NCBI GenBank assembly: GCA_965261395.1
Contig: OZ253462.1
Coordinates: 5,248,001 to 5,312,000, forward strand
Origin: Candidatus Latescibacterota bacterium
GTDB taxonomy: Bacteria > Latescibacterota > UBA2968 > UBA8231
Direction of reading: 5' to 3'
Length of the DNA: 64,000 nt
Numbering within the stretch: the first letter of the stretch is position 1; each line of letters starts with the position of its first letter. Of this stretch, positions 19,216 through 30,849 are shown piece after piece. The position numbers were made by a program, and so were the translations under genes. The notes under the pieces were generated by a model. The model saw only the letters and a program-made list of their open reading frames with translations, ran no database searches and was not told the DNA's origin.

Positions 19216-20728
19216 CTAGGTGATCCAAATCCTTTTGATCCTCTACCGCCGATGCCGTGTGCAACTCGTTCTGCAACTCATTGAAAGCCGGTTCGATCAA
19301 CTCGTTGACGACCTCATCAATCAAGGTGAAATCCTTTCCCGGCTTGGCCAAGCAGCGTTGCAAAAAGAGTTTCTCAGTTAGGCCCATCCCCTCTAAGCGG
19401 GGTTTGACATCGGCATCATCATAGCCCTGAGGGATTCTGTTGTCCTTGGCCATGATAAGTTCTACCAGATACTGAGCGCAACGGTTAGCAGCCGCATTGG
19501 CCAGACGAGGCTGATTCAATTCAATCTGGGAGAGCCCGAAAGATGCATATCGGCATGGAAAATACTGGACATAGCTTCCGTTGTGGTAGCCTGTCACATC
19601 CTGTAGGTACTGCTCCATATTGGAACGTACGCTGCGCTTTTGAGCGGCAAATCTAGTCCGGTCGAAATCCAGCAGCAGAAACTCAGCAATCATCTGGAAC
19701 GTATCGGTAAATTCGGTGATGCGTTCGCCAGCCACATTCTCGTTGTCGAGCATATAGACCGTATCAAAAGGCGGTGCTGGCACCGGCCGAGGGCTACCAC
19801 CACCCCAATTAAATTCGTGGGTGGAGTATTCGCTTGTCTCCTTATCCTCGTCGGCGACAAACCGGGGCTGCATGAAGTATTCGAGTTCCTTGAGGGCGGC
19901 AAAGCCATTGGCATGGACGGCTTCTGTCCCGGCGGATCCCACTACATCGTCGAAAACCGTGGGCATGGCAAGAAAAGCCGTGCGCGTAGAAGTTGGGAAC
20001 AAAACTCGACACAGAAATCCGACATCGATAAAGCAGCCAGACCCCGTTCCACCGCCGAGAGACGATATAATAATGATATCGAAGGCCCTAGTATCTACCG
20101 TATAATCTGGGTAATCGCGGTTCATGTCCGCGAAGGCCTCTTGGGCAGTTACTTTTCTCCCCAATCTTTCGATGGCGTCGTGAATTTCCGTGTAATGGTG
20201 GAAGAAAGCCAATCGCCCGAAGGAACGGATCTGCCCAGCACCTTGCATGATGGCATTAGCAGGCAGCGCGTCCAGTTCGCTGGGAAACCAGTCCCATATA
20301 TGCGGATAGGCATTCTTGTTGAGCCGGTATCCAGCCAACTCCTCGGGCTGGACCCGTCCATCAATTTTCTGTGGAGCGGTAAGGTCAATGCGCTTGTCCA
20401 ACTCGTCGGGCACCTCTCCGCTCAGGGACTGATTGCGGATATCAGTATCAAACCATAGGTACTCCATGATGGGTAAACCCGCTACTCTGTACTTCTCGTA
20501 GAACATCCGTCGCAGCCGCCGCAGTACTTCCTTTCCCGTACCTCCCAAGCCGATCAAAAGCGTGGGACGGATATCGATCGTTTGGCTTCCTTCTTTTGCT
20601 GTACCTATAGTAGTTATCTCAACCATGGTGTTCTCCTTCAATGTTGATCCAACTCAGTCATTAGATGCTTTTCAGGTCGAAGCCCCCGACGGCTGTCGTA
20701 CGAGGGCATTGGGACTCACTCGGAATTC

Positions 20729-21760
20729 TCAGCGGCGGCTTGGCCGGGTGACAAGTTTTGCTATCACCACAATGCAGAGGATCACCATCCCAAAGATGAG
20801 GATTCGCCATTCAATTTGCGAACTTGACTCCCAGCCCATCAAAAAATCAAAAAATCCGCTCAACCCCAAAGAGGCGATCAGCGCAATGCCTCCCCACAAC
20901 ACGAGGGCGGACCAACCAAAAGCTGTGGCCGGGTGCATGTCTCGGGTCTTGATGAGTCCGCTAAAAAGTAAGACCGAAAGGATATAGACGATTACAGAAA
21001 GTACCAAAATCCAGACTATGCGCCCAACCTCCACATAGCGAAAGGTGCCCTTCGATCTAGTCTCCGGCGGAGGTACCCCTACCTCGACAGGTTCATATTG
21101 GTCCGAGGAGATGCCCAGCAGCGGTTTAGCTTCATCAATTGAGACCGCAAAGTTGAGATTCTGCCCCTCGTCGTGGCTAGAGCTTAGATTAAAACTTACC
21201 ACGCCAATTACCTCTCCGTTCTGGTCGAATAAAGGCCCGCCGCTATTGCCCGGCGATACGGCGGCATCCGTCTGAATCAGTCTGAGGCCCTCCGGGGTAG
21301 TGCGAACCTCGGAGATAATCCCTTCGGTGACCGAGTATTCTAGCCCCAAGGGGTTGCCTATTGCCACCACGGGATCGCCCGAGCTCATATATTCTCCTGA
21401 CCCAAGCCTAGACGGCTGTAGGTGTTGGCCGCGCGGATCGACGTTTATCACCGCCAGGTCTTTGAGTTCGTCTTGGGCGACAACGCCCGTAATCGGCATC
21501 CAAGTTCCTTTGAAAGGCTTGGCCCATCCTTCTTTGATGCCCTTGATTACATGGTGCGCCGTGAGAATTTGGCCCGTTGACTTGATGATGATTCCGCTCC
21601 CCAGCCCTTCTCCCTCATTGGTAGAGACCTTGAGGAATACTACGCTTCCCTTCTCTTCCTTGGCAATCCGCTGAGTAAACGTGGAGCCGCTTTGTCCCGA
21701 CCCGCCACACCCCATCCAGCCGATAGCCAGTATGAATCCGAGCGTGATGTGCCGTTTCAT
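20729..21760 (-). CDS. Trypsin-like (S1C) serine protease with a lipoprotein-type signal and ~3 C-terminal transmembrane helices, no PDZ domain
   Basis: Catalytic triad motifs TAHHV, DLAV and GNSGGP; IQTDAA; N-terminal ...GWMGC; hydrophobic C-terminus. Confidence 0.88.
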   Translation of the reverse strand: MKRHITLGFILAIGWMGCGGSGQSGSTFTQRIAKEEKGSVVFLKVSTNEGEGLGSGIIIKSTGQILTAHHVIKGIKEGWAKPFKGTWMPITGVVAQDELKDLAVINVDPRGQHLQPSRLGSGEYMSSGDPVVAIGNPLGLEYSVTEGIISEVRTTPEGLRLIQTDAAVSPGNSGGPLFDQNGEVIGVVSFNLSSSHDEGQNLNFAVSIDEAKPLLGISSDQYEPVEVGVPPPETRSKGTFRYVEVGRIVWILVLSVIVYILSVLLFSGLIKTRDMHPATAFGWSALVLWGGIALIASLGLSGFFDFLMGWESSSQIEWRILIFGMVILCIVVIAKLVTRPSRR

Positions 21761-21775
21761 CTTGACTCCCTAGTG

Positions 21776-23404
21776 TTATTTGAGGCGTTCCAGTTCAAAT
21801 TCATTGCCCTTGTGTTTGAAAACCCATTTTTCATCCTTTTCAAAAGCCATCCCCTCCTCACCGACTGGATCGTCCATCCGATTTCTTAGTTCGGCCCTTT
21901 CGTCGCCCTCTTCGGCCGGCAGTAAGCGGTATTTGCATTTGAACAGGCCGTCTCGCCGCAAATATCCCAAAACGATATCCTTTCCGCTTTGGTTTGTGTA
22001 CTCCAATTCCTTTTGACCGCCGGGGCGCATCCAGTACTTGTACTCGACGTCTGCCAGCCGATAAACGAGCCTCCTGAAATAAACCATTCCCCCGGCAGCT
22101 ACCACAGCGATGGGTAGCAAGATCACCACGACCCAAGCCCGCCACAGATAGAGAGGGGAACGGACTTGCAACCTGCCTCTTATGGCTCCTCCCTTGGGCA
22201 CCACTTCCAAACCCTCTCGGTCTCGGTGCAGGAAGTGTATCAGATCGTCTGGCGTATAGATACGCTCGACCTCTTGGGGGTTGTCGGTAAAGTACTTCTC
22301 CTGATAAAGAGGAGTCATGCGAAACGAGCCAGGCGGTATTTCCAAGACAACCTTGGACATATATTGCATCGGAATCGGGCTGGTACGCGCCATGTCAAGC
22401 TGGTCGAAGAAGCCAACCTCGTTGGGCTGGAACGGGCCTAGGCGGATCCGGCACGAATAGCGGTATTTGTTCTGGGTATTGTGCTCCAGTTTCTCTTCAA
22501 GGCGGGGTGGAGTAACTCGTCCTCTCCCACTGGCTCGAATCCAGTACCGCCGGTCTTCGGGCTGCATGGGAACGATCCTAGGCTGACTCACCTTCAACCG
22601 CACCGGATTACCATGCTCATCTGTCGGCTCGATATTCAGGTAGCTCAATTGCGACTCTAGAGTAAAGGAGAAATCGACCGACTCGGATTCGTCCATGCCG
22701 ATATCACTTAGCTGGTCCGAAGGTGTCCTGCGTTTGCGATGTAGAACAATGCGGTGGTCTAGCGGTTTCATCAGCATCGGTTCCAAGCCGCCAGCCTTGA
22801 GTTGGGAGATGAGTTTGCCGAATCTAGCGCGCTGATCTTCTTCTGTGAGATAGGCATACAGGACCACCCCACGCGGACCTTGGTGGTACGCCTTGTCCGG
22901 GTGATTGAACAACCGCCCGTCAAAGGGCAGACTCAGCGGCACGGCATATAGTACTTGTACCACATCCTCCGCAAAACGCGCATAGAGCCCCCGAACATCC
23001 TCGTCATTGGTGGTCGCCTGCACATTATCGGTTAAGAAAAAAGTAATCGGCGCCCATCCAAGCCCTTCTTCAAAAGCCCTGAGCAAATTAGTATAGCTGC
23101 CCCAGCGTGCGTCTTGGGTCTCCTCGATCCACACTAGCGAATCCGGGTGTTGGGATACAAAAAATAAAGTGCCCGCCTCCAGTTGCTGGTCTTGGCAGGC
23201 TTTTTCCAACGAGGTCAGCAATTTCTGTAGCTCACCTGTCTGCTGGAAGCCCTCCATTGAACCAGAGCCATCGACCAATATGCTGACATCCATCCCAGCG
23301 GCGGCACGAGGGCCGCCAAGCCCTAGGCAGCACAGCAGAGCAGCGTACCAGAATGACCGGCTTTCAAACGGCCAATAGGTCATAGCGATACAGATGGTAC
23401 TCAT
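21776..23404 (-). CDS. vWA-domain single-pass membrane protein
   Basis: Signal peptide, MIDAS-like ILVDGSGSM ... T ... FLTD, C-terminal transmembrane helix (AWVVVILLPIAVVAAGG) and a short cytoplasmic tail. Confidence 0.7.
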   Translation of the reverse strand: MSTICIAMTYWPFESRSFWYAALLCCLGLGGPRAAAGMDVSILVDGSGSMEGFQQTGELQKLLTSLEKACQDQQLEAGTLFFVSQHPDSLVWIEETQDARWGSYTNLLRAFEEGLGWAPITFFLTDNVQATTNDEDVRGLYARFAEDVVQVLYAVPLSLPFDGRLFNHPDKAYHQGPRGVVLYAYLTEEDQRARFGKLISQLKAGGLEPMLMKPLDHRIVLHRKRRTPSDQLSDIGMDESESVDFSFTLESQLSYLNIEPTDEHGNPVRLKVSQPRIVPMQPEDRRYWIRASGRGRVTPPRLEEKLEHNTQNKYRYSCRIRLGPFQPNEVGFFDQLDMARTSPIPMQYMSKVVLEIPPGSFRMTPLYQEKYFTDNPQEVERIYTPDDLIHFLHRDREGLEVVPKGGAIRGRLQVRSPLYLWRAWVVVILLPIAVVAAGGMVYFRRLVYRLADVEYKYWMRPGGQKELEYTNQSGKDIVLGYLRRDGLFKCKYRLLPAEEGDERAELRNRMDDPVGEEGMAFEKDEKWVFKHKGNEFELERLK

Positions 23405-24653
23405 GATCGCGGGTCATCACGTACACGTATTTGCCGAAACCCGCTGGCGGCACAACCGGATCTTCGCCTAAAGGCCAGCCGCGCAAGAAAGGTTCCCCTC
23501 CTCGTTCATCAAGACGGGAAAGACGAAATTCCGTATTAGCTCCCACTCCTCTTTGGAAGTTGGCGACCAAGCCGCCCAAGCCTTTGGTCTGATCAATGTG
23601 CCTCATGGAATATCCGAGACTACACTCCAATTTGGACGTAACTTGCCGATTCAATGGATCGAACAATAGCATAAAATTAGACCCTATCGCCATATAGCAA
23701 TAGCCGGACTCGATCCGCAGTGCCTGTAGGGCCTGTACCTCTACCTCGGTTCGGCTCGGAATTTCTTTTAGCACCTGTTGGCCGACTAACTGTAGGGCAC
23801 ACAAGCCCCCTTCTTGAGTCAATAGCCATATTGACGGATCCTCGCCGCGCATCACGCCCGCCGAAGCGGCTAATGGACCGCCGCGGGCATCCTCATCCTC
23901 ATACGAGATTTTCTTGCCCTGTTCCAAATCCAAGAAAACAACCCTGTTTTCCTCTTCTATTAAGCCCAGATAGGTCTCGCTTCCCCGAATTGGGATCATT
24001 TCTTGGATAGGCAACGAATTTTTGTCTAGCTCTTGCTTTTGCAATTCGTCGAAAATGCGGTTTTCGCTCTTCCAGTATCGATCGCAACTTGCTTTATCTA
24101 CCTTATATACATGAATAGTCAACGCCTCTTGGTCCAGCAGGAAAAGCCGATTCCGGCCTAAGGCAATCTTCTCGACGCGCTCACATTCCACGGCAAGCGG
24201 CTTCCATGAAGCAGCTTTCAGCATATCGTCGTTCAACAACGAAGAGGTCGGAAACACCTGCAGCGTCCCCACCTCCGTGAGCGCGTAAATCCACCAGCGG
24301 TCAAAATCCACCTGACGCAAGGAAGTCGAATCCCCTTTGAGTGGAGGCAGGTCGTGTGGCTCGTTCTCTATGTAGGTACTCATTTCTCCGCTGGATTTAT
24401 CCACTAATAAAGGCTGGCCGAATACGTTAAAGAGGTCGTCGACTTGGTCCATAATGACCGGCAGATTCCTGACAGCACTGTCTTTACTCTCTCCGGAAGG
24501 TATGTCGGCCATGTAATCGACAGGTTTGCTCTCGACAGCACCGCCGCAAACGGCGCAAAAATTAGCGAGCGCATGATGCTCGCGGCCATCTTTAGAACAC
24601 GTCCAAGCGTTCTTATGCCAATTCCAGTCTTGCATCATTTCTCGCATCCTCAC
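23364..24653 (-). CDS. Hypothetical protein with an N-terminal zinc-ribbon-like motif and a probable beta-propeller
   Basis: C...FCAVCG at the N-terminus; repeated IYALTEVGTL / IWLLTQEGGL / VYVMTRD blade-like strands; first gene of the island operon. Confidence 0.6.
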   Translation of the reverse strand: MRMREMMQDWNWHKNAWTCSKDGREHHALANFCAVCGGAVESKPVDYMADIPSGESKDSAVRNLPVIMDQVDDLFNVFGQPLLVDKSSGEMSTYIENEPHDLPPLKGDSTSLRQVDFDRWWIYALTEVGTLQVFPTSSLLNDDMLKAASWKPLAVECERVEKIALGRNRLFLLDQEALTIHVYKVDKASCDRYWKSENRIFDELQKQELDKNSLPIQEMIPIRGSETYLGLIEEENRVVFLDLEQGKKISYEDEDARGGPLAASAGVMRGEDPSIWLLTQEGGLCALQLVGQQVLKEIPSRTEVEVQALQALRIESGYCYMAIGSNFMLLFDPLNRQVTSKLECSLGYSMRHIDQTKGLGGLVANFQRGVGANTEFRLSRLDERGGEPFLRGWPLGEDPVVPPAGFGKYVYVMTRDHEYHLYRYDLLAV

Positions 24654-24726
24654 CCTATCTCAATCCCGCGTACCGCTTCCGATCTCGGTTATAGACTTGT
24701 CCCCGTAGGGCGGTCGGCGGCACTCT

Positions 24727-24754
24727 AAAATAGAGGGCCACTTTGTAACGTCAA
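24727..24754 (-). promoter_or_regulatory. Candidate sigma70 promoter of the island operon
   Basis: TTGACG-N16-TATTTT about 75 bp upstream of the first island gene. Confidence 0.4.
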
Positions 24755-24781
24755 TGACAGAATACCGCCCCGCTCCAGCCC

Positions 24782-26717
24782 CTAAATCCCAGCTTCCCAC
24801 ACATCCTCCACCCCAGCCCGCAACAACTCGGCCACGCTCCACGCCTGGGCGATGCAGCCGCGAGGCGCAAAAGGCGGCTCGGCGTCAAATATCTCCGAGA
24901 CCGTGCCCAAGCCCGCTTCGTTCAAGTGCACAGCAAAGCCGTCGAGGAGGGCACGAGAACGCTGGCGACCCGCGCGACCGTGGCAACGGCAGAGGGCGGT
25001 AATGTACGGGCCGATGAGCCAGCCCCACACCGTGCCCTGGTGATACGCGCTATCGCGCTCCCAAGGGCTACCCACATACTGGGCGCAGTACGCCGGATCG
25101 CTCGGCGAAAGGCTGCGCAGGCCGCGCGGGGTCAGCAAGTGTTGGTCAATCACGGATAAGATTCGCCGCGCCTGCTCGCCCTCAATGAGCGGGAAGGGCA
25201 GCGAGAGCGCGAAAATTTGATTGGGGCGGATCGCCCAATCCGGCCCCTCGGGAGCGACCACGTCGCATAAATACCCGCGCTCTTCGCACCAGAACAGACG
25301 CTCAAAGGACGCGCGCACCTCAGCGGCGCGCTGGCCGTACTCGGCGTGCTGACCAAATGTCTCGGCCAAGTGCTGCAAAATTTTGAGCGCGTTGTACCAG
25401 AGGGCATTGACCTCCACGGGCTTGCCCATGCGCGGCGTGATCACCCAATCGACGACCTTGGCGTCCATCCACGTCAGTTGCACCCCCGGCTCCCCAGCCG
25501 CGAGCAGGCCATCGACATCAACCCGGATCTGATAGCGCGTGCCGCGTTCGTGCCAAGCCGCTATGTCCTCTAGCGTCGGCCACAGCTCGCGGGCAAACTC
25601 GTAGTCTTGGGTGTATTGCAAATACTTGTAGAGCGCGACAAAAAACCACAAAGTCGCGTCCACCGCGTGGTATTCTGGAACCTCTCCCGCGTCGGGAAAG
25701 CGGTTGGGTATCATGCCCTCGCTGACGTGCTCGGCAAACGCCGCGAAGATGCCCCGTGCCTCGGCAAAGCGCCCGGTGACCAAGCACAGGCCGGGCAGGG
25801 CGATCATGGTGTCGCGGCCCCAGTCCGTGAACCAGTGATAACCCGCGACAATGGTGTGCAGACCGTCGCTGCGCCGCACCAGAAACTGATCGGCCGCCCG
25901 CGCCAGCGATTGCAGCAAAGGGTCGGTGGTCCAAGGGGCGCGCACCACCACCTGCTGACGGCGGTCGCTCTCGCCGGCGAGAAGTGCGAGAGGGTCGCGG
26001 CAGGCGGGAAGCTCGGTGGCCGCAAGTACGCCAACGGTGGCCCCGGGGTCGAGTTGCAGACGCAGGCGACCGGGCGTGAACAGGTCCTCGCTGTAGTCGA
26101 AGCCGCGCTCTTCCTCGCGCGGATATTGGAAGTTGTAGTACCAGTCCGGGGCGGCCTCCCAGCACGCGCCCGGGGCGAGAATGTGAGCGGTGGGCTGCCC
26201 CCGATAGGGGCGATAGACCAGCGTATCCTCAGTCCAAACGGCCGTTGGAGCCACCTGATCGTTGGCCTGCATCAAGTGGTGATAGTCCCGACCCGCGAAA
26301 AAGGGCCGCAACTCCAAACAAAGCGGGTCAGGTGCCTTCTCCAGCTCGTACGCGACGACCAAGGCGTGCTCGTCCGCGAGCAAGGCCAGCCGCTTGCGCA
26401 ACACCCACCCATCCCCCGCGTACGTCCACGTCGGCACCGGCTCGGACGCGAAGGCAGTTAGCCATTGGTCGCCCCGTGGATGAATGACCCCGGGAAAAAT
26501 GCTGCAACTTAGCTCGACGCGGGCCGTGGGCAGGACCAAGGTCTCGTCGAGCCGCGAGAGCAACACCACCCGACCGACCGGCGGCTGAGTGGCGACGACC
26601 AACAGACCGTGATAGCGCCGGGTGTGCGCGCCGCTGACCGTGGAAGAGGCCCAGCCGCCCAAGCCATTGGTCTCCAACCACTCGCGGGAGAATTTGTACT
26701 CGCTGCCTTCAGGTAGT

Positions 26718-26731
<14 letters not shown>
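24782..26731 (-). CDS. Amylo-alpha-1,6-glucosidase / glycogen debranching enzyme (GDE, archaeal-type)
   Basis: [48 protein letters not shown] and QAWSVAE motifs. Confidence 0.92.
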
Positions 26732-28673
<1,942 letters not shown>

Positions 28674-28720
28674 GCGAGCTAACTCCTCATTAGGGTGTAA
28701 ATAGCCATCAATAGCGCAAA

Positions 28721-29506
28721 CTACTTACTGCCGGCCACCGGTGGCAAGGGCCACTCGTCGCCGGCCATGAAGCCGCCATCAACGTAGATGCACTGCCCGG
28801 TGACGTAATCCGAAGCTGGCGCGGCGAGAAAGACGGCTGTGCCGACCAAATCTTCGGGCGTCCCCAAGCGGTTGAGCACAACCCGCCCCTCGCCCCAAGC
28901 CCGCATGGTGTCGTCGGCCCACAGCTTCTCACTGAGCGAGGTGAGTATAAAGCCCGGGCAGATGGCGTTGACCTGGATGTTGTGCGACCCGAACTCAATG
29001 GCTTGGCCCTTGGTGAGCTGGCCCACGGCCCCCTTGGTCGCGGTGTACACCGATACTTTGGCGAGGGCATAGCCCGTGGTCAGCGAGCCGATGTTGATGA
29101 TCTTGCCGCCTTGGCCGCGCTCGATCATCTGGCGGCCGACCTTCTGGCTGAGGAAGTACAGGCCCTTGAGATTGACGGCCATGATCTGGTCGTAGTTTTC
29201 CTCCGAGACCTCGACGATGGGCTGGCGGATGTTCATGCCGGCATTGTTGAACAGGATGTCTATGGGGCCGCATTGCTCCAAGGCCGCGTCCATGCCCTCT
29301 AGGTCGGCCATGTCCAATTCGACCGCACGGGCCTTGCCGCCGGCGGCCTCAATGGCAGCGACAGCTTCGTCGAGCTGGCTGCGGGTGCGAGCGGCGCAGA
29401 TGACCGTGGCTCCAGCCGCAGCCATACCTGCGGCCACGCCGCGACCAATGCCGCGACTAGCACCAGTGACAAGGGCAACTTTTCCCTCTAGCGAAAATAG
29501 ATTCAC
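28721..29506 (-). CDS. SDR oxidoreductase (gluconate 5-dehydrogenase/KduD-like)
   Basis: [12 protein letters not shown] and YTATK motifs; GTG start after the AAGGAG RBS. Confidence 0.88.
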   Translation of the reverse strand: MNLFSLEGKVALVTGASRGIGRGVAAGMAAAGATVICAARTRSQLDEAVAAIEAAGGKARAVELDMADLEGMDAALEQCGPIDILFNNAGMNIRQPIVEVSEENYDQIMAVNLKGLYFLSQKVGRQMIERGQGGKIINIGSLTTGYALAKVSVYTATKGAVGQLTKGQAIEFGSHNIQVNAICPGFILTSLSEKLWADDTMRAWGEGRVVLNRLGTPEDLVGTAVFLAAPASDYVTGQCIYVDGGFMAGDEWPLPPVAGSK

Positions 29507-29577
29507 AATACACTCCTTCGTTGTTTGTGGTTGCGTTGGTTTAATGATAAGCGGGGTTGGCGTTCCAGCAAGGCTTT

Positions 29578-30534
29578 TCAAGTGGGGACGGAAGCGATTA
29601 GATACTCCAATTTTTCGCCTCCCAGCGGCGAGATCTCGCAAACGCGCCCAGCCGGTACTAACGCAGTCGCGCCCGTACCCAAGGCGCACTCACCCACGCG
29701 CGCCAGACCGCGGACGACCGTCAGCGACAGAAACGATCCCTCGGCCCGATGCTCGGCCCGACCCCCGTCTAAGCCACAGCCGCGCAGCACAAAGTGCTCG
29801 GACTCTACCAGCACTTGGCCGCGCAGCACGGGATGCGGCACCGGCCCGGGTAGGTGCTGGGCAAAGTCGATGACCTCAAGGGCCTGCTCCCAGTGCAGGG
29901 CGCGCGGCCGGCCGTAGTCGTAAATGCGGAAGGTCAGGTCGCTCGTTTGCTGCACCTCGTACAGGACGACCCCCCGGCACAGGGCGTGTACTGTGCCCGG
30001 CGGCACAAAGAGCACGTCCCCTTGCGCGACCGGGTAAAAGCGGACGACCTCGGCGACGCGATTGGCCGCGTGGGCGGCGACAAACTCCGCGCGGCCCACG
30101 CCCTCGGCCAGCCCACAAGCTACGCGGCCGCCGTCTGATTGCAGCACGTACCAAGCCTCCATCTTGCCGCTGTCCACCAACCCATTGCGCTGGGCGTACT
30201 CGTCGTCGGGGTGCACTTGGATCGACAGATCTTGCTGGGCGTCGAGGAGCTTAATAAGCAGAGGAAAGCGCCCACCGTAGCGCGCCCACACCGCAGCACC
30301 GACCAAGTCGGCGCGATGCGTTTCCACCAACTCGCGCAGCGAGCGACCATCCGCCGCCCGGCTCTCGCGGCCCTCGTACGCCGACAGCTCAAAGGACTCG
30401 CCAATGAGCGCATCGCCCGGCAGGGCCTTGCCGTAGAGCGCGGCTAAGCGGCGACCGCCCCACACCATCTCCCGGTAATAGGGCGTCAAGGGAATGACAT
30501 CGGGCAATTTATCCATCGGCTGCAACACGTTCAC
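29578..30534 (-). CDS. manA: Mannose-6-phosphate isomerase, class I
   Basis: VWGG, FPLLIKLLDA, LSIQVHPDD, KMEAWY, GTVHA and EVQQTSDLTFR motifs. Confidence 0.9.
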   Translation of the reverse strand: MNVLQPMDKLPDVIPLTPYYREMVWGGRRLAALYGKALPGDALIGESFELSAYEGRESRAADGRSLRELVETHRADLVGAAVWARYGGRFPLLIKLLDAQQDLSIQVHPDDEYAQRNGLVDSGKMEAWYVLQSDGGRVACGLAEGVGRAEFVAAHAANRVAEVVRFYPVAQGDVLFVPPGTVHALCRGVVLYEVQQTSDLTFRIYDYGRPRALHWEQALEVIDFAQHLPGPVPHPVLRGQVLVESEHFVLRGCGLDGGRAEHRAEGSFLSLTVVRGLARVGECALGTGATALVPAGRVCEISPLGGEKLEYLIASVPT

Positions 30535-30728
30535 AGCAGTCTCACAAATTGTTCTCCAGGAACCGCTAGCCCATCCTCCTCAAGAGAAACAATGTATCCT
30601 TCAATCGCCTCTCTGATGTTGGTGATCGCTTCTTGCTTTGTTTTCCCTTGGCTGATACAACCGGGCAAGCTAGGACACTCAGCAACCCAATAGCCATCTT
30701 CACCTCGATAAATAAGCGCTTGTCTCAT
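30531..30728 (-). CDS. hicB: HicB-family antitoxin
   Basis: EDGYWVAECPSLPGCISQGKTKQEAITNIREAI; own GGAGG RBS before the ATG at 30728. Confidence 0.85.
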   Translation of the reverse strand: MRQALIYRGEDGYWVAECPSLPGCISQGKTKQEAITNIREAIEGYIVSLEEDGLAVPGEQFVRLL

Positions 30729-30769
30729 TGTCTCATCCTCCTCACCTAATGATCGGGCACCAAGTTCAG

Positions 30770-30812
30770 TTAAGCGTTTTAGTCCTTTATGACGAATAGA
30801 ACGGATGAACAT
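30770..30812 (-). pseudogene. 5' remnant of a HigB-type (plasmid maintenance killer) toxin, in frame with hicB
   Basis: MFIRSIRHKGLKRL matches the HigB N-terminus IxSxxHKGLxxL; the rest of the toxin is absent. Confidence 0.55.
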
Positions 30813-30849
30813 TTAACTTAGGATTTCTAACAAGAATTGTCTCACCTCC

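Larger units (their letters stand above)
15980..20641 (-). pseudogene. Tubulin/FtsZ-like GTPase (Tubulin_2 family) of ~1155 aa, interrupted by an IS5-family element
   Basis: LLIGLGGTG, GAGQIRSFGRLAF and the tubulin signature SLGGGTGSG in the 5' part; removing the IS and one target duplication (1194 bp) fuses ...KDLDHL to VEKTRQ... in frame. Confidence 0.9.

Noticed and set aside
19163-20641. Cell-division ftsZ, or a standalone 492-aa gene
   Set aside because: Motifs are Tubulin_2-type, there is no dcw cluster, and the last 17 aa come from the IS; it is the 5' half of a 1155-aa gene.
8760-24780. Prophage or integrative element with att sites
   Set aside because: No integrase, phage or conjugation genes, no tRNA and no flanking direct repeat found by eye; called an island only on composition and content.
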